A stretch of 35,030 bases of DNA, from positions 1-35,030 of the forward strand of contig JAWOBS010000036.1 of the NCBI GenBank assembly GCA_046484145.1. The letters are read 5' to 3'. Every line of letters starts with the position of its first letter. Within the stretch, counting starts at the first letter, position 1. A program made the translations under genes and the position numbers. The DNA comes from Bacteroidales bacterium (lineage in GTDB: Bacteria; Bacteroidota; Bacteroidia; Bacteroidales; UBA7960). The notes beneath the pieces are model-generated. The model searched no databases, was not told the DNA's origin, and saw only the letters and a list, made by a program, of their open reading frames with translations. Shown piece by piece: positions 9,299 to 19,156 of this stretch.

Positions 9299-11077
9299 TT
9301 ATTTTTCTTCTGTAACTTCTTCTTCTTTAATTCTTTCCTTTATGATGCCTTCAAGCTCTTTATTATATTTATTGAAATCATCAGACTCAAATTCTGAATA
9401 ATTCATTTGCTTGAGTTTGTTAATGATTTCTTTAAAATACGGACCTACATTCTCAAAATTCTCAAATTCAAATTCTAAATCAGTGATCTCAAGTACTTTT
9501 TGCAGCATGTAGTTTTGACGCTCAAGAGATGTAGAAGCATCAATTTTATCAAAAGCATCCTGCTGTAATATGACAAAGTCAATAAGCTCAGACCTCCAGT
9601 ATTTAATATGGTAATCAAGAGGTACTCCATCATCGCCAAGGATGTTTATTTGCTCGTATGTTTCTTTACCTCTTAATAGGATATCTTTAGCCTTAAACAC
9701 ATTACTTGTCCAATCTTTTGCAATTTTGTCGTTTAGGTATTCTTCAATTTCAGGGTACTCAAGGTATTTAGAATAACTATCTATTGGATCAATTGCAGGA
9801 TATCTTTTTGAGTCGGCACGGTCCTGTGAAAGGGCGTAGAAACATCTGGCCACTTTTTTAGTGGATTCTGTAACGGGTTCTTTAAGGTTACCACCAGCCG
9901 GTGAAACTGTACCTATAAAAGTGATAGAGCCTGTTTCATCATTAGGAAGATAAACGAAACCTGCCCTTGCATAAAAGTTTGCAATAATAGCTGCCAAATC
10001 CATAGGGAAACCATCGGGTCCCGGTAATTCCTCCATCCTGTTAGACATCTCCCGAAGTGCCTGAGCCCATCGTGAAGTAGAGTCGGCCAGCAATAGTATT
10101 TTTAATCCCATGGCGCGATAATATTCGGCTATAGTCATCGCTGTATAAACTGATGCTTCCCTGGCTGCAACCGGCATATTAGAAGTGTTAGCAATGATGG
10201 TAGTTCGTTCCATTAGTTTCCGCCCGGAGCGCGGGTCTTCCAATTCCGGGAATTCTGTAAAGATTTCAACAACCTCGTTAGCACGCTCTCCACAAGCAGC
10301 AACAACTACCATATCAGCTTCTGCATATTTTGATAATGCATGCTGAAGTACGGTTTTCCCTGATCCAAAAGGCCCCGGGATAAAACCAGTACCACCTTCA
10401 GCTATAGGGTTGAGAGTGTCAATAACTCTTACGCCGGTTTCCATGATTTTGGATGGCCTTGGTTTTTCCTTATATGCTTTAATTGGAACTTTAACAGGCC
10501 ATTTTTGAACCATTGTTATTTTATGTTCTTTATCTTCTTTATCTGTAACGACGGCAATAACATCATCAATTTTGTATTTACCATCTTCCTTAATGCTCTT
10601 TATTGTGTACTCCCCTGAAAAAGTAAAGGGAACCATAATTTTGTGAGGTATCCAATTTTCTTTAACCTCTCCCAGCCAACTACCGGCAACAACTTTTTCT
10701 CCTTTTTTTGCAATAGTTTTAAACTCATATTCAGTCCCGGCGTCCAAAGGTTCTGTATATTCACCCCTGTTTAGGAAAACACCTTCCATCTTGTTAAGGT
10801 CGTTTTGAAGGCCGTCAAAGTTTTTTGACAAGATGCCGGGGCCAAGTGTTACTTCAAGCATATGTCCCATGAATTCTACTTCCAGTCCAACTTTCAAACC
10901 CCTTGTGCTTTCAAAAACCTGGATGTATGCCTTTTTGCCCATTATCTTAATAACCTCTGCCATTAAACGGGTATCTTCATGCTTAATAAAACAGATCTCA
11001 TTTTGAGCAACTTTGTCTTCTACTTCTACAATAACTAAGTTTGCTATAATTCCTGTTACCTTACCTATAGTGTTCAT
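9299..11077 (-). CDS. atpA: V-type ATPase subunit A (catalytic)
   Basis: 592 aa. Walker A is GPFGSGKTV. It has the V/A-type non-homologous insert region and the motifs LLADSTSRWAQALREMS and PGPDGFP. The normal length argues against an intein. Confidence 0.95.
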   Translation of the reverse strand: MNTIGKVTGIIANLVIVEVEDKVAQNEICFIKHEDTRLMAEVIKIMGKKAYIQVFESTRGLKVGLEVEFMGHMLEVTLGPGILSKNFDGLQNDLNKMEGVFLNRGEYTEPLDAGTEYEFKTIAKKGEKVVAGSWLGEVKENWIPHKIMVPFTFSGEYTIKSIKEDGKYKIDDVIAVVTDKEDKEHKITMVQKWPVKVPIKAYKEKPRPSKIMETGVRVIDTLNPIAEGGTGFIPGPFGSGKTVLQHALSKYAEADMVVVAACGERANEVVEIFTEFPELEDPRSGRKLMERTTIIANTSNMPVAAREASVYTAMTIAEYYRAMGLKILLLADSTSRWAQALREMSNRMEELPGPDGFPMDLAAIIANFYARAGFVYLPNDETGSITFIGTVSPAGGNLKEPVTESTKKVARCFYALSQDRADSKRYPAIDPIDSYSKYLEYPEIEEYLNDKIAKDWTSNVFKAKDILLRGKETYEQINILGDDGVPLDYHIKYWRSELIDFVILQQDAFDKIDASTSLERQNYMLQKVLEITDLEFEFENFENVGPYFKEIINKLKQMNYSEFESDDFNKYNKELEGIIKERIKEEEVTEEK

Positions 11078-11083
11078 ATATTG

Positions 11084-11917
11084 TTATTTTTCAGTAAATG
11101 TTTCCGGTAATTTATAACTGTTTTGTAATTCTTCTAATAATTTTTTAAATAATGCCTTGCCATGATCTTTGTCTATTGACATCCAGCGCTCTACAATTCC
11201 GAGCCTGATTGTGAATGACAACAATCTTTCAATAGTGAAATATTCAAAAAATATTACATCTTCAAGATAATCCCACTTAAGCTGGTCAGTTGCTTTCTCT
11301 CTCTCTTGAATGTCTTCCAGCTTAATGATGTTTATCAATTCTTCTATATATTCATATTCATTGCTTAAGCCAAAATCTTTTGCATGGCTTTTCCTGATAA
11401 TGTCCGATACTTCAGTACTACCTATAATTTGATTTTCGTACTTTATCTCGTGCTTACGACCCATTAAGGCAGTGGTGATATTTTTGATGTTCATATCAAA
11501 CTCATACCATTTGCTTAAAAATGAATTATCATCCTTGATCATTTCATCATAGAATAATGATAAAAGTTCATTTTCAGTGCTCATATCCGGAAAAATACGT
11601 TCATCATTTTTTATAGCATTGATAAAACGTGTCATATAATCAGGAAGGTCGGTTGGTTCTTTTATTTGCTCCTCAAGAAAAGATTTTGAAAAGTTACCTT
11701 TTTCGTCAAACTCTTTATCTCTTTTTTCCAGCAGGTTTAAAAGGTTCTTATTGTCATAAGGAAGGAAAAGCTTTTTTACTAATTTGTAATCAGCCGGATG
11801 AACTTCTGCTTTGAGCTCTTCTTTAAATGCCTGCTGGTCAAAAACCAGCTTGTGAGTGTCTATGTTTATATCCTGAAGGCCTGCTACAAGGCAGTAATAA
11901 TTCCTTTTAATATGCAT
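11084..11917 (-). CDS. DUF2764-like protein; putative V-ATPase subunit C/d equivalent
   Basis: 277 aa, soluble and helical. It is packed between atpE (32-nt gap) and atpA (6-nt gap) on the same strand. My recollection is that Bacteroidota V-ATPase operons carry a DUF2764 gene at exactly this position. I could not verify a family motif by eye. Confidence 0.55.
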   Translation of the reverse strand: MHIKRNYYCLVAGLQDINIDTHKLVFDQQAFKEELKAEVHPADYKLVKKLFLPYDNKNLLNLLEKRDKEFDEKGNFSKSFLEEQIKEPTDLPDYMTRFINAIKNDERIFPDMSTENELLSLFYDEMIKDDNSFLSKWYEFDMNIKNITTALMGRKHEIKYENQIIGSTEVSDIIRKSHAKDFGLSNEYEYIEELINIIKLEDIQEREKATDQLKWDYLEDVIFFEYFTIERLLSFTIRLGIVERWMSIDKDHGKALFKKLLEELQNSYKLPETFTEK

Positions 11918-11949
11918 TATCTTAATATTATATCAGAATTTTCGATATT

Positions 11950-12588
11950 CTATTTTTCTTTCTTGTCCTCTTTCTTATCGTCATAAAGTATTTCTATAAG
12001 CCTTGTGCGAAGGTATGCTTTGAAAAAATTGTCAAAATCATCATCAGTGAATGAAATTAAATATCCGCCATCTTTAGGCCCTATTTTAAACCCTGCTTTT
12101 AAAGAATCACTAAAATCTAATTCAAGGCCATTGTCTAACAATTCTTTAGCTTTTTTCTGAAAAAATGCCTCAAATTCTTTTTTCTTTTCTTCCGGTAATA
12201 AGACTGTTATGCTAACAGGGTCGTTGCTTTTTGGATCCCAGTTTTTTATCAATGTGTTTATGACCTGCTGGGTAAATTCAACATCCTTAAAAGCAGCTTT
12301 TACTTCCGGAGTGATTGTTTTATTCTGAATAAGTTTTATAATGTTTTGCTTTATATCTGATATAGCTTGTTGTGACGCTAGCTGAAGCTCGTTTAGGCTG
12401 TTTTTCCTAAGGTCTTCAGCTGATTTTTCAGCATCTTTTTTTATTTTTTCAGCTTCCTTTTTTGCGTTTTCTACAATCTCTTCTGCTTGTTCCTTAGCAT
12501 CTTTTTCAATCTTTTTTGCCTCATCATTGGCTTTTTCAACGCCCTCAGAATAAATCTTTTCGGTAAGTTCCTGAAGTTTTGTTTGCAT
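11950..12588 (-). CDS. atpE: V-type ATPase subunit E (peripheral stalk)
   Basis: 212 aa. A long Lys/Glu/Ala-rich N-terminal helix (EKANDEAKKIEKDAKEQAEEIVENAKKEAEKIKKDAEK) is followed by a globular C-terminal domain. It is the first gene of the operon. Confidence 0.8.
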   Translation of the reverse strand: MQTKLQELTEKIYSEGVEKANDEAKKIEKDAKEQAEEIVENAKKEAEKIKKDAEKSAEDLRKNSLNELQLASQQAISDIKQNIIKLIQNKTITPEVKAAFKDVEFTQQVINTLIKNWDPKSNDPVSITVLLPEEKKKEFEAFFQKKAKELLDNGLELDFSDSLKAGFKIGPKDGGYLISFTDDDFDNFFKAYLRTRLIEILYDDKKEDKKEK

Positions 12589-12758
12589 AATATTCAGAGT
12601 TTTATGTAAAATTTTTGATATGTGGTTTTTTTCATATTTTGAATGTGCGAAAATATCAATTTTTTTCTAACAAAAGCATAATCAGGAAAATGTTTTTTTG
12701 TTAAAAAAATTATAACTAATAAATAATATATTACAGGTATTAGGTGTTTTAAAAAAGT

Positions 12759-13910
12759 TTATAAAAATATTTTATCCATTACATCCACAATCCTGTTCCA
12801 ATCATTTTCAGTGAGATTTGATCCTGAAGGCAAACACATTCCCGTTTTAAAAAGTTTTTCTGAAACTCCATCTCCAAAAAACGGATATTTTTCAAAAACC
12901 GGCTGCAAATGCATTGGCTTCCAAAGTGGCCTGGTTTCAATGTTTTCTTTTTCAAATTCAAGTCGAATCTTTTCAGTAGTAATCCCTTTATTTAATTCAG
13001 GTTCTACTATGATTGTTGTCAACCAACGATTGGAATAAGCATTTTCAGGTTCCTCCAACAGTTGTATATTGTATGAATTTGAATTAATATTGCTGAAATA
13101 GTTTTTGTATTTATCAAAAACATTTCTTCTTGCATTTACCCTGTCTTCCAATACTTCCATTTGCCCTCTTCCTATTCCTGCAAGGACATTACTAAGCCTG
13201 TAATTATAACCAATGTGAGAATGTTGATAATGTGGCGCCTGGTCTCTAGCCTGGGTAGCCAGAAATCTTGCTTTTTTTATTAACTCTTCATCATCAGATA
13301 GTAAGGCGCCGCCACCGCTTGTTGTAATGATTTTATTCCCGTTAAAAGACAGAATTCCAAATTTGCCAAAGCTTCCTGTTCTAATATTGTTATAGGTTGA
13401 ACCCAGCGACTCAGCAGCATCTTCAATGATTGGGATATCATACTTTTCTGCAATAGCCATAATTTCATCCAATTTTGCAGGCATGCCATATAGATGCACA
13501 GGCATAATTGCTTTTGGTTTACGCGGGTTTTCTTTATTGTTGATGCAAAATTTTATTGCTTTTTCGAGCTGTTTGGGACACATATTCCATGTGTCTTCTT
13601 CAGAATCTACTAATACCGGGATAGCTCCCTGGTATCGGATTGGATTTGCTGTTGCTGCAAAAGTAAAACTCTGGCAGATAACATAATCACCCTGATTTAC
13701 ATCCAGCAGGATTAATGATAAATGTATAGCCGCAGTGCCTGAACTTAAAGCAGCAGCATGTTTTACACCTGTATATTTACAAAGATCTTTTTCGAAGGCA
13801 TCAACATGGGGGCCTAAAGGGGCAATCCAGTTTGTTTCAAATGCATTCTTTATAAAATCCTGTTCTTTGCCACCCATGTGGGGAGATGATAAGAATATCT
13901 TTTTTTTCAT
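12759..13910 (-). CDS. DegT/DnrJ/EryC1/StrS-family PLP-dependent sugar aminotransferase
   Basis: Motifs: GKEQDFIKNAF, SGTAAIHLSL, SFTFAATANPI, IIEDAAESLGS, and the PLP-lysine motif SFNGNKIITTSGGGALL. Substrate specificity is not callable from sequence alone. Confidence 0.85.
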   Translation of the reverse strand: MKKKIFLSSPHMGGKEQDFIKNAFETNWIAPLGPHVDAFEKDLCKYTGVKHAAALSSGTAAIHLSLILLDVNQGDYVICQSFTFAATANPIRYQGAIPVLVDSEEDTWNMCPKQLEKAIKFCINNKENPRKPKAIMPVHLYGMPAKLDEIMAIAEKYDIPIIEDAAESLGSTYNNIRTGSFGKFGILSFNGNKIITTSGGGALLSDDEELIKKARFLATQARDQAPHYQHSHIGYNYRLSNVLAGIGRGQMEVLEDRVNARRNVFDKYKNYFSNINSNSYNIQLLEEPENAYSNRWLTTIIVEPELNKGITTEKIRLEFEKENIETRPLWKPMHLQPVFEKYPFFGDGVSEKLFKTGMCLPSGSNLTENDWNRIVDVMDKIFL

Positions 13911-13987
13911 TGTTATATTTTGCTTTTTGAGCTTTGCAAATATAAGGATATTACTTTTTTATTTATTAGGTTTTGATGCTAATTAAA

Positions 13988-14018
13988 TTGACAATTTAAT
14001 AATAAACAGGTATTTTTG
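13988..14018 (+). promoter_or_regulatory. candidate Bacteroidota sigma-A promoter for mqnB (-33 TTG / -7 TATTTTTG)
   Basis: TATTTTTG (14011-14018) matches the TAnnTTTG -7 consensus and lies 27 nt before the ATG at 14046. A TTG at 13988-13990 sits 20 nt upstream. The motif is short and the DNA is AT-rich, so chance matches are common. Confidence 0.4.
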
Positions 14019-14045
14019 TTAAGATAATAAAACAGTGACTATAAG

Positions 14046-14726
14046 ATGAACATATTAATTGTTTCTGCAACAACATTAGAAATAAAATCACTGCTGCAGT
14101 ATTTTACTTTCAGCAGCAGGATGGACTCAACAATAAATCGTTATAAGTATAAAAACATGACGATTGATGTTTTAACTACCGGAGTGGGTATGGTGCCTGC
14201 TGCTTATTTTCTCGGACGAGCCTTGAATGCTTATAGCTATGATGCTGCTTTCAATTTTGGCATTGCAGGCAGTTTTAATAGTAAACTTAGTATTGGAACT
14301 GTCGTGAATGTTAATAATGACCAATTTCCTGAACTTGGCGCTGAAAATGGAGAGTATTTCCTTTCCTTAGTAGACCTAAAGCTTCTCGAAGAAGATTCTT
14401 TTCCTTTTAAAAATGGGCAAATTATTAATGAAAATCCTATAAAAAGCTCAACAGTAGAAAGCCTGCCCGCAGTTAGAGGAATTACAGTGAACAGGGTTCA
14501 TGGCAATAACCAAAGCATTAAAAAGATAAGAGAGAGGTGTAATCCTGATACTGAAAGTATGGAAGGTGCCGCTTTTCTATATGCATGCAAGCAAGAAGGA
14601 ATTCCCTGTAGTCAAATTAGAGCAATATCAAATTTTGTGGAGGAAAGAAATACTGACAAGTGGAACATTCCTTATGCAATTGAGAATCTTAATAAGATAA
14701 TAATTAAGATATTAAATGAGTCATAA
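14046..14726 (+). CDS. mqnB: futalosine hydrolase (nucleosidase family)
   Basis: 226 aa, PNP/MTAN-fold-like (ILIVSATTLEI, TTGVGMVPAA, FGIAGSF, ESMEGAAF). It overlaps the downstream mqnD by 11 nt. Size and context fit MqnB rather than MTA/SAH nucleosidase. Confidence 0.7.
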   Translation: MNILIVSATTLEIKSLLQYFTFSSRMDSTINRYKYKNMTIDVLTTGVGMVPAAYFLGRALNAYSYDAAFNFGIAGSFNSKLSIGTVVNVNNDQFPELGAENGEYFLSLVDLKLLEEDSFPFKNGQIINENPIKSSTVESLPAVRGITVNRVHGNNQSIKKIRERCNPDTESMEGAAFLYACKQEGIPCSQIRAISNFVEERNTDKWNIPYAIENLNKIIIKILNES

Positions 14727-15555
14727 AAAGAAATATACTTTAGCATTCTCCCCATGCCCTAATGATACTTTTATGTTTCATGCAATGGTTAATAAATTGA
14801 TTGATACCGAAGGCCTGGAGTTTGATTATGAGTTTGAAGATATTGAAACGCTGAATAATGTTGCATTTGAAGAAAAATTTGATATTACCAAGATTTCTTT
14901 TAATGCTTTCGGATATTTGAGTGATAAATATGTGTTGTTGAATTCAGGTGCCGCATTAGGCAGAGGTTGTGGCCCCATATTAATCAGTAAATCAGACAGG
15001 TTTTATAAAAAACCGTCTGAATATAAGATAGCAATCCCCGGAATTTATACAACAGCTAACTTGCTTCTAAACCTTATGTGGCCTGAAGTTAACAACAAAT
15101 TGCCAATGTTGTTTTCTAATATTGAAGATGCCATCATTAATGATGAAGTAGATGCAGGTTTAATTATTCACGAAAATCGTTTTACTTATCAAAAAAAAGG
15201 CCTTCATAAAATTTGCGACCTTGGTGAATGGTGGGAAAATTCAACAGGAATGCCAATCCCCCTGGGAGGAATAGCTGTCAAACGATGTATAAGTGACGAA
15301 GATAAAAAAAGAATTAGCAGAGTTTTAAGCAGAAGTATCCGGTATGCCTTTGACAATCCCGATGCATCAAAAAGCTTTATTAAGGAGCATGCATCAGAAA
15401 TTGATGATAATGTGACATCAGAACATATAAAACTTTATGTTAATAAATTTTCATTAAATTTGGGTGATGAGGGAAAAAACGCAATCAGAACTTTGTATAG
15501 CAAAGCTCTTGAGGTAAAGCGTTATAAAGTAATGCACAGAAAATTATTTGTATAA
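14716..15555 (+). CDS. mqnD: 1,4-dihydroxy-6-naphthoate synthase (futalosine pathway)
   Basis: Collinear, as I recall it, with Thermus MqnD: FSPCPNDTFMFHAMV, DIETLN, ITKISFNAF, LNSGAALGRGCGPIL, AGLIIHENRFTY, DLGEWWENSTGMPIPLGGIAVKR, LYVNKFSLNLGDEG. Confidence 0.8.
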   Translation: MSHKKKYTLAFSPCPNDTFMFHAMVNKLIDTEGLEFDYEFEDIETLNNVAFEEKFDITKISFNAFGYLSDKYVLLNSGAALGRGCGPILISKSDRFYKKPSEYKIAIPGIYTTANLLLNLMWPEVNNKLPMLFSNIEDAIINDEVDAGLIIHENRFTYQKKGLHKICDLGEWWENSTGMPIPLGGIAVKRCISDEDKKRISRVLSRSIRYAFDNPDASKSFIKEHASEIDDNVTSEHIKLYVNKFSLNLGDEGKNAIRTLYSKALEVKRYKVMHRKLFV

Positions 15556-15573
15556 ATATTTTATCAATGAATT

Positions 15574-16539
15574 ATGATTGTAATAACAGGTGCTGCAGGT
15601 TTTATTGGTAGTTGTTTTGTGAGTAAGTTAAATAAAGAAACTCACAGGGATTTAATTCTTGTTGATGATTTTTCGAATCCGCTCAAGAATAAAAATCTGG
15701 AAAATAAGTTTTTTTATCAAAAAATTGATCGTGAAATTTTCATTGATTGGTTTAAAGATAATTATCAGGGTATTAGCTTCGTAGTGCATCTGGGCGCCAG
15801 GACAGACACAACAGAATTTGATGTTGAGGTTTTTAATAAATTGAATCTTAATTATTCAAAGGATATATGGAGGATTTGTACCGATTATTGTATTCCTTTA
15901 ATATACGCATCTTCAGCAGCTACTTATGGCGGTGGTGAGCATGGGTATGATGATGATCATAGTATAATACCCCGCTTAAAACCTTTAAATCCTTATGGAG
16001 AAAGTAAAAATGAATTTGATAAATGGGTTTTAAAGCAAAATAGGCGTCCGTCGTTTTGGGCCGGCTTTAAATTTTTTAATGTTTACGGGCCTAATGAGTA
16101 TCATAAAAACAGGATGGCCTCAGTTGTTCTCCATGCATACAATCAAATAAAGGAAACAGGAACCATGAAGCTCTTTAAATCTCACAACCCTAATTATAAG
16201 GATGGAGAGCAGTTAAGAGATTTTATCTATGTTAAAGATGTTGTTGACGTCTTGTTTTTTATGATGGAGAAGAGAGAAAATCCCGGCATTTATAACCTTG
16301 GTACGGGAAAGGCAAGCTCTTTCCTCGATTTGGCAAATTCCGTTTTTAAAGCACTGGATAAAGAGCCTTCAATTGAGTTTATCAATACCCCCAAAGATAT
16401 TCGCAACAAATACCAATATTTTACAGAAGCAAAGATGACAAAATTGCGCGATGCCGGTTATGATGATAGTTTTTATTCTATAGAAGAAGGTGTTAATGAG
16501 TATGTTAAAGAGTATCTTGTTAACGGAAAGTATTATTGA
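15574..16539 (+). CDS. hldD: ADP-L-glycero-D-manno-heptose 6-epimerase
   Basis: Rossmann motif ITGAAGFIGS; ASSAATYG; YGESK catalytic Y-x3-K; FFNVYGPNEYHKNRMASV; GEQLRDFIYVKDV. Collinear with E. coli HldD/RfaD. Confidence 0.8.
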   Translation: MIVITGAAGFIGSCFVSKLNKETHRDLILVDDFSNPLKNKNLENKFFYQKIDREIFIDWFKDNYQGISFVVHLGARTDTTEFDVEVFNKLNLNYSKDIWRICTDYCIPLIYASSAATYGGGEHGYDDDHSIIPRLKPLNPYGESKNEFDKWVLKQNRRPSFWAGFKFFNVYGPNEYHKNRMASVVLHAYNQIKETGTMKLFKSHNPNYKDGEQLRDFIYVKDVVDVLFFMMEKRENPGIYNLGTGKASSFLDLANSVFKALDKEPSIEFINTPKDIRNKYQYFTEAKMTKLRDAGYDDSFYSIEEGVNEYVKEYLVNGKYY

Positions 16540-16557
16540 TAATATCGGTGATTACAG

Positions 16558-17154
16558 CTATACGGTTTTTCCGCTGTTTCTTATTTCTTGATTAACATAG
16601 TCAACTAGTTGAGGAAAAAAGGCCTTGAACTCATGTAAGAAAAGATCATAGTTCTCCCTAAGGTCATATACTGCGTTTTCCATCCCGGATTCAAAGGTTG
16701 TTCTTTTTGCCATACCTGCAAAACGCTTTTGAAGGCTGCCTAAATCCGCATAGTTAACCAACCAGTTTGATGCAATCATATATGGCAATATCTTTTTTGC
16801 CCTGGGTGGAAGGATAATGTAGTTTTTTAGCAAAATGTCATAAGCATTTTTTACGAAATCATTAATGTCTTCATTACTGTAATCAGCCCAGTTTTTTGCT
16901 AAATAATGATCATAAAACATATCAACCAATACACCGGAATAGTGTCTGTACCTGGAAGTTAACCTTCTCTTGCTTTTTAAAAAGATTTCATGAGCATCAG
17001 TAAATTGGTCTATTTTTCTGTGAAGCTGGATGCCGCGGATAATTTCCGGGCTGAAATTTTCAATCTGCCTTCCCTTTACCATATCAGCAATAAAATTTCC
17101 TAGTACAAGATTGTCATCATTGTTGGATAGGTATATATGGGCTAAAAAATTCAT
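16558..17154 (-). CDS. acpH: acyl carrier protein phosphodiesterase
   Basis: The MNFLAHIYLS N-terminus, LGNFIADMVKG, and HRKIDQFTD are collinear with E. coli AcpH. 198 aa. Confidence 0.8.
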   Translation of the reverse strand: MNFLAHIYLSNNDDNLVLGNFIADMVKGRQIENFSPEIIRGIQLHRKIDQFTDAHEIFLKSKRRLTSRYRHYSGVLVDMFYDHYLAKNWADYSNEDINDFVKNAYDILLKNYIILPPRAKKILPYMIASNWLVNYADLGSLQKRFAGMAKRTTFESGMENAVYDLRENYDLFLHEFKAFFPQLVDYVNQEIRNSGKTV

Positions 17155-17474
17155 TTGTTATTCTAAAAATGATTGTTGCGAATTATACGTATTGTTCTTC
17201 AAAATTATAAAAAGTATAGCTGCTAAAGGAAAAATCTTTTTGTAATTATACAACAAGCACATGCAAAATTTGTTTTGTTAATATAACAGGAAGATTTTAG
17301 GATTCTCATTTTAAGATGAGTCCTTAAGATGTTCTTATTCACCTTATTTAAAATCATTAAAAAATATAAAAAAAGGATACAACTACTTAAATATTTACAG
17401 CCAATCCAACTTATTTTTTTAGTTTTGTATCCATTCAGAATAAAAAAAATTATATATAAAAATCCTAAAAAATT

Positions 17475-19088
17475 ATGCAGAAACTACTTTTGCTTGGAGA
17501 TGAAGCAATAGCTCAGGGAGCAATCGATGCAGGTATCTCGGGTATTTATGCGTATCCGGGCACACCTTCCACAGAGATCACCCAGTATGTAATTTCTTCG
17601 CGTGAAGCGAAAGAAAAAGGTATTGTGGCAACATGGACATCTAACGAGAAAACATCAGCAGAGGCTGCTCTTGGTATGAGCTATGCAGGAAAGCGCACAA
17701 TGGTTTGTATGAAACATGTTGGCTTAAATGTTGCTGCCGATGCTTTTATCAACTCTTCAATCACCGGTGCTAACGGTGGTATTGTTTTTGTCGTTGCCGA
17801 CGACCCCTCAATGCATTCTTCTCAAAATGAGCAGGATTCCCGTTTTTATGGAAAGTTTGCAATGATTCCTATTTTGGAGCCATCTGACCAGCAGGAAGCT
17901 TATGATATGGTTCATCATGGTTTTGATATCTCTGAAAAATTCAGCATTCCTGTGATGATAAGGATTACGACTCGCTTAGCACACTCAAGAGCCGGCGTTG
18001 CAAGGAAAAACTTCCGTAATCAAAACGAAAGCAAACTGCCTGAAAACCTGCGTCAGTTTGTTTTACTTCCGGCAATTGCCAGGAAGCAGTACAAAAAGCT
18101 CCTGGAAGCACAACCTTCATTTGAAGAAGAAAGTAATAATTCTGTATATAATAAATATTATGATGCTAAAGATAAAAGCATGGGAATTATAGCTTGTGGT
18201 TTAGCTTATAACTATTTAATGGAGAATTTTCCTGGCAGGAAAGTGCCTTTTCCGGTGTTGAAGCTTTCTCAATATCCAATTCCAAGAAAGCATATTGAAA
18301 AAATTTATAAAGAGTGTGACAAACTTCTTATTCTGGAAGATGGATATCCTATCGTGGAAGAAATGCTGAAAGGCTACATTTTCTCAGGAAAGGAAGTCAA
18401 AGGACGCCTTGATGGAACTGTCCCCAGGGATGGCGAGCTTAACCCGACTATTGTTGCGAAAGCTCTTGGCCTGAAGGTTCCGGAAATTAAAGATATTCCT
18501 GAACTTGTAGCTGCGCGTCCACCATCACTGTGCAAAGGTTGCCCACATATTGATAGTTTTCTTGCACTTAATGAAGCTATTGAGAAATGGGGAAAAGGAA
18601 GGGTCTTTTCTGATATAGGATGTTATACTTTAAGTGCATTGCCTCCATATGAGTCTATCAATACCTGTGTTGACATGGGAGCATCAATTACTATGGCCAA
18701 AGGCGCTGCTGATGCAGGCATGTTTCCTTCAGTTGCCGTAATTGGCGACAGTACTTTCACTCATTCAGGAATTACAGGGCTGCTGGATGCGGTTAATGAT
18801 AAATCCAGCATAACTGTTATTATTCTTGATAATGCAACTACGGGAATGACCGGTGGACAACCTTCTGCCGCATTGAATAAAATTGAGAGCATCTGCAAGG
18901 GCGTTGGTGTTGAGGAAGATCATATCAGGGTGTTAAAGCCGCTTAAGAAAAATCATGAAGAAAATCTTGCTATTATTAAAGAAGAGTTGGATTATGATGG
19001 AGTCTCAGTTATTATTCCACGCAGAGAATGTATCCAAACTCTGAATAAAAGAATGAGAGAAAAGTTTAAGAATAAAGAAAAAAAATAG
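17475..19088 (+). CDS. iorA: indolepyruvate:ferredoxin oxidoreductase, alpha subunit (TPP-dependent)
   Basis: 537 aa. 2-oxoacid:ferredoxin oxidoreductase N-terminal domain (GDEAIAQGAIDAG, YPGTPSTEI). TPP-binding motif GDSTFTHSGITGLLDAV...ILDNATTGMTGGQ. Followed by a typical IorB gene. Confidence 0.75.
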   Translation: MQKLLLLGDEAIAQGAIDAGISGIYAYPGTPSTEITQYVISSREAKEKGIVATWTSNEKTSAEAALGMSYAGKRTMVCMKHVGLNVAADAFINSSITGANGGIVFVVADDPSMHSSQNEQDSRFYGKFAMIPILEPSDQQEAYDMVHHGFDISEKFSIPVMIRITTRLAHSRAGVARKNFRNQNESKLPENLRQFVLLPAIARKQYKKLLEAQPSFEEESNNSVYNKYYDAKDKSMGIIACGLAYNYLMENFPGRKVPFPVLKLSQYPIPRKHIEKIYKECDKLLILEDGYPIVEEMLKGYIFSGKEVKGRLDGTVPRDGELNPTIVAKALGLKVPEIKDIPELVAARPPSLCKGCPHIDSFLALNEAIEKWGKGRVFSDIGCYTLSALPPYESINTCVDMGASITMAKGAADAGMFPSVAVIGDSTFTHSGITGLLDAVNDKSSITVIILDNATTGMTGGQPSAALNKIESICKGVGVEEDHIRVLKPLKKNHEENLAIIKEELDYDGVSVIIPRRECIQTLNKRMREKFKNKEKK

Positions 19089-19102
19089 TTTAAAAATTCC
19101 GG

Positions 19103-19137
19103 GAAATGAATGATTTTTCTAGTTTTTCATTCGTTTC
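19103..19137 (+). other. intercistronic hairpin between iorA and iorB
   Basis: 11-bp stem GAAATGAATGA (19103-19113) / TCATTCGTTTC (19127-19137) with one G-U pair and a 13-nt loop, followed by TTT. The stem is AT-rich and weak. Function is unknown. Confidence 0.25.
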
Positions 19138-19156
19138 TTTATAAAATATATACAAG

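Noticed and set aside
9299-11077. I checked for inteins in the classic intein hosts present here: V-ATPase subunit A, DnaB and GcvP.
   Set aside because: All have normal lengths and uninterrupted collinear motifs (A subunit 592 aa, DnaB C-terminal domain contiguous). There is no Cys/Ser...His-Asn splicing-block insertion.
12589-12758. I searched for a promoter for the V-ATPase operon in the 170-nt gap upstream of atpE.
   Set aside because: Only near-matches to TAnnTTTG are present on the minus strand (for example TATTTTCG and TGCTTTTG). The operon may also be read through from the DegT gene. The evidence is too weak to annotate.
17329-17511. 60-aa ORF in the acpH-iorA intergenic region, running into iorA. 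An 8-bp inverted repeat GGATACAA/TTGTATCC (17375-17382 / 17425-17432) lies in the same region.
   Set aside because: The ORF is a Lys/Ile/Phe/Leu-rich translation of AT-rich promoter DNA and overlaps the iorA start. The inverted repeat has a 42-nt spacer, does not extend, and is within chance expectation for AT-rich sequence.
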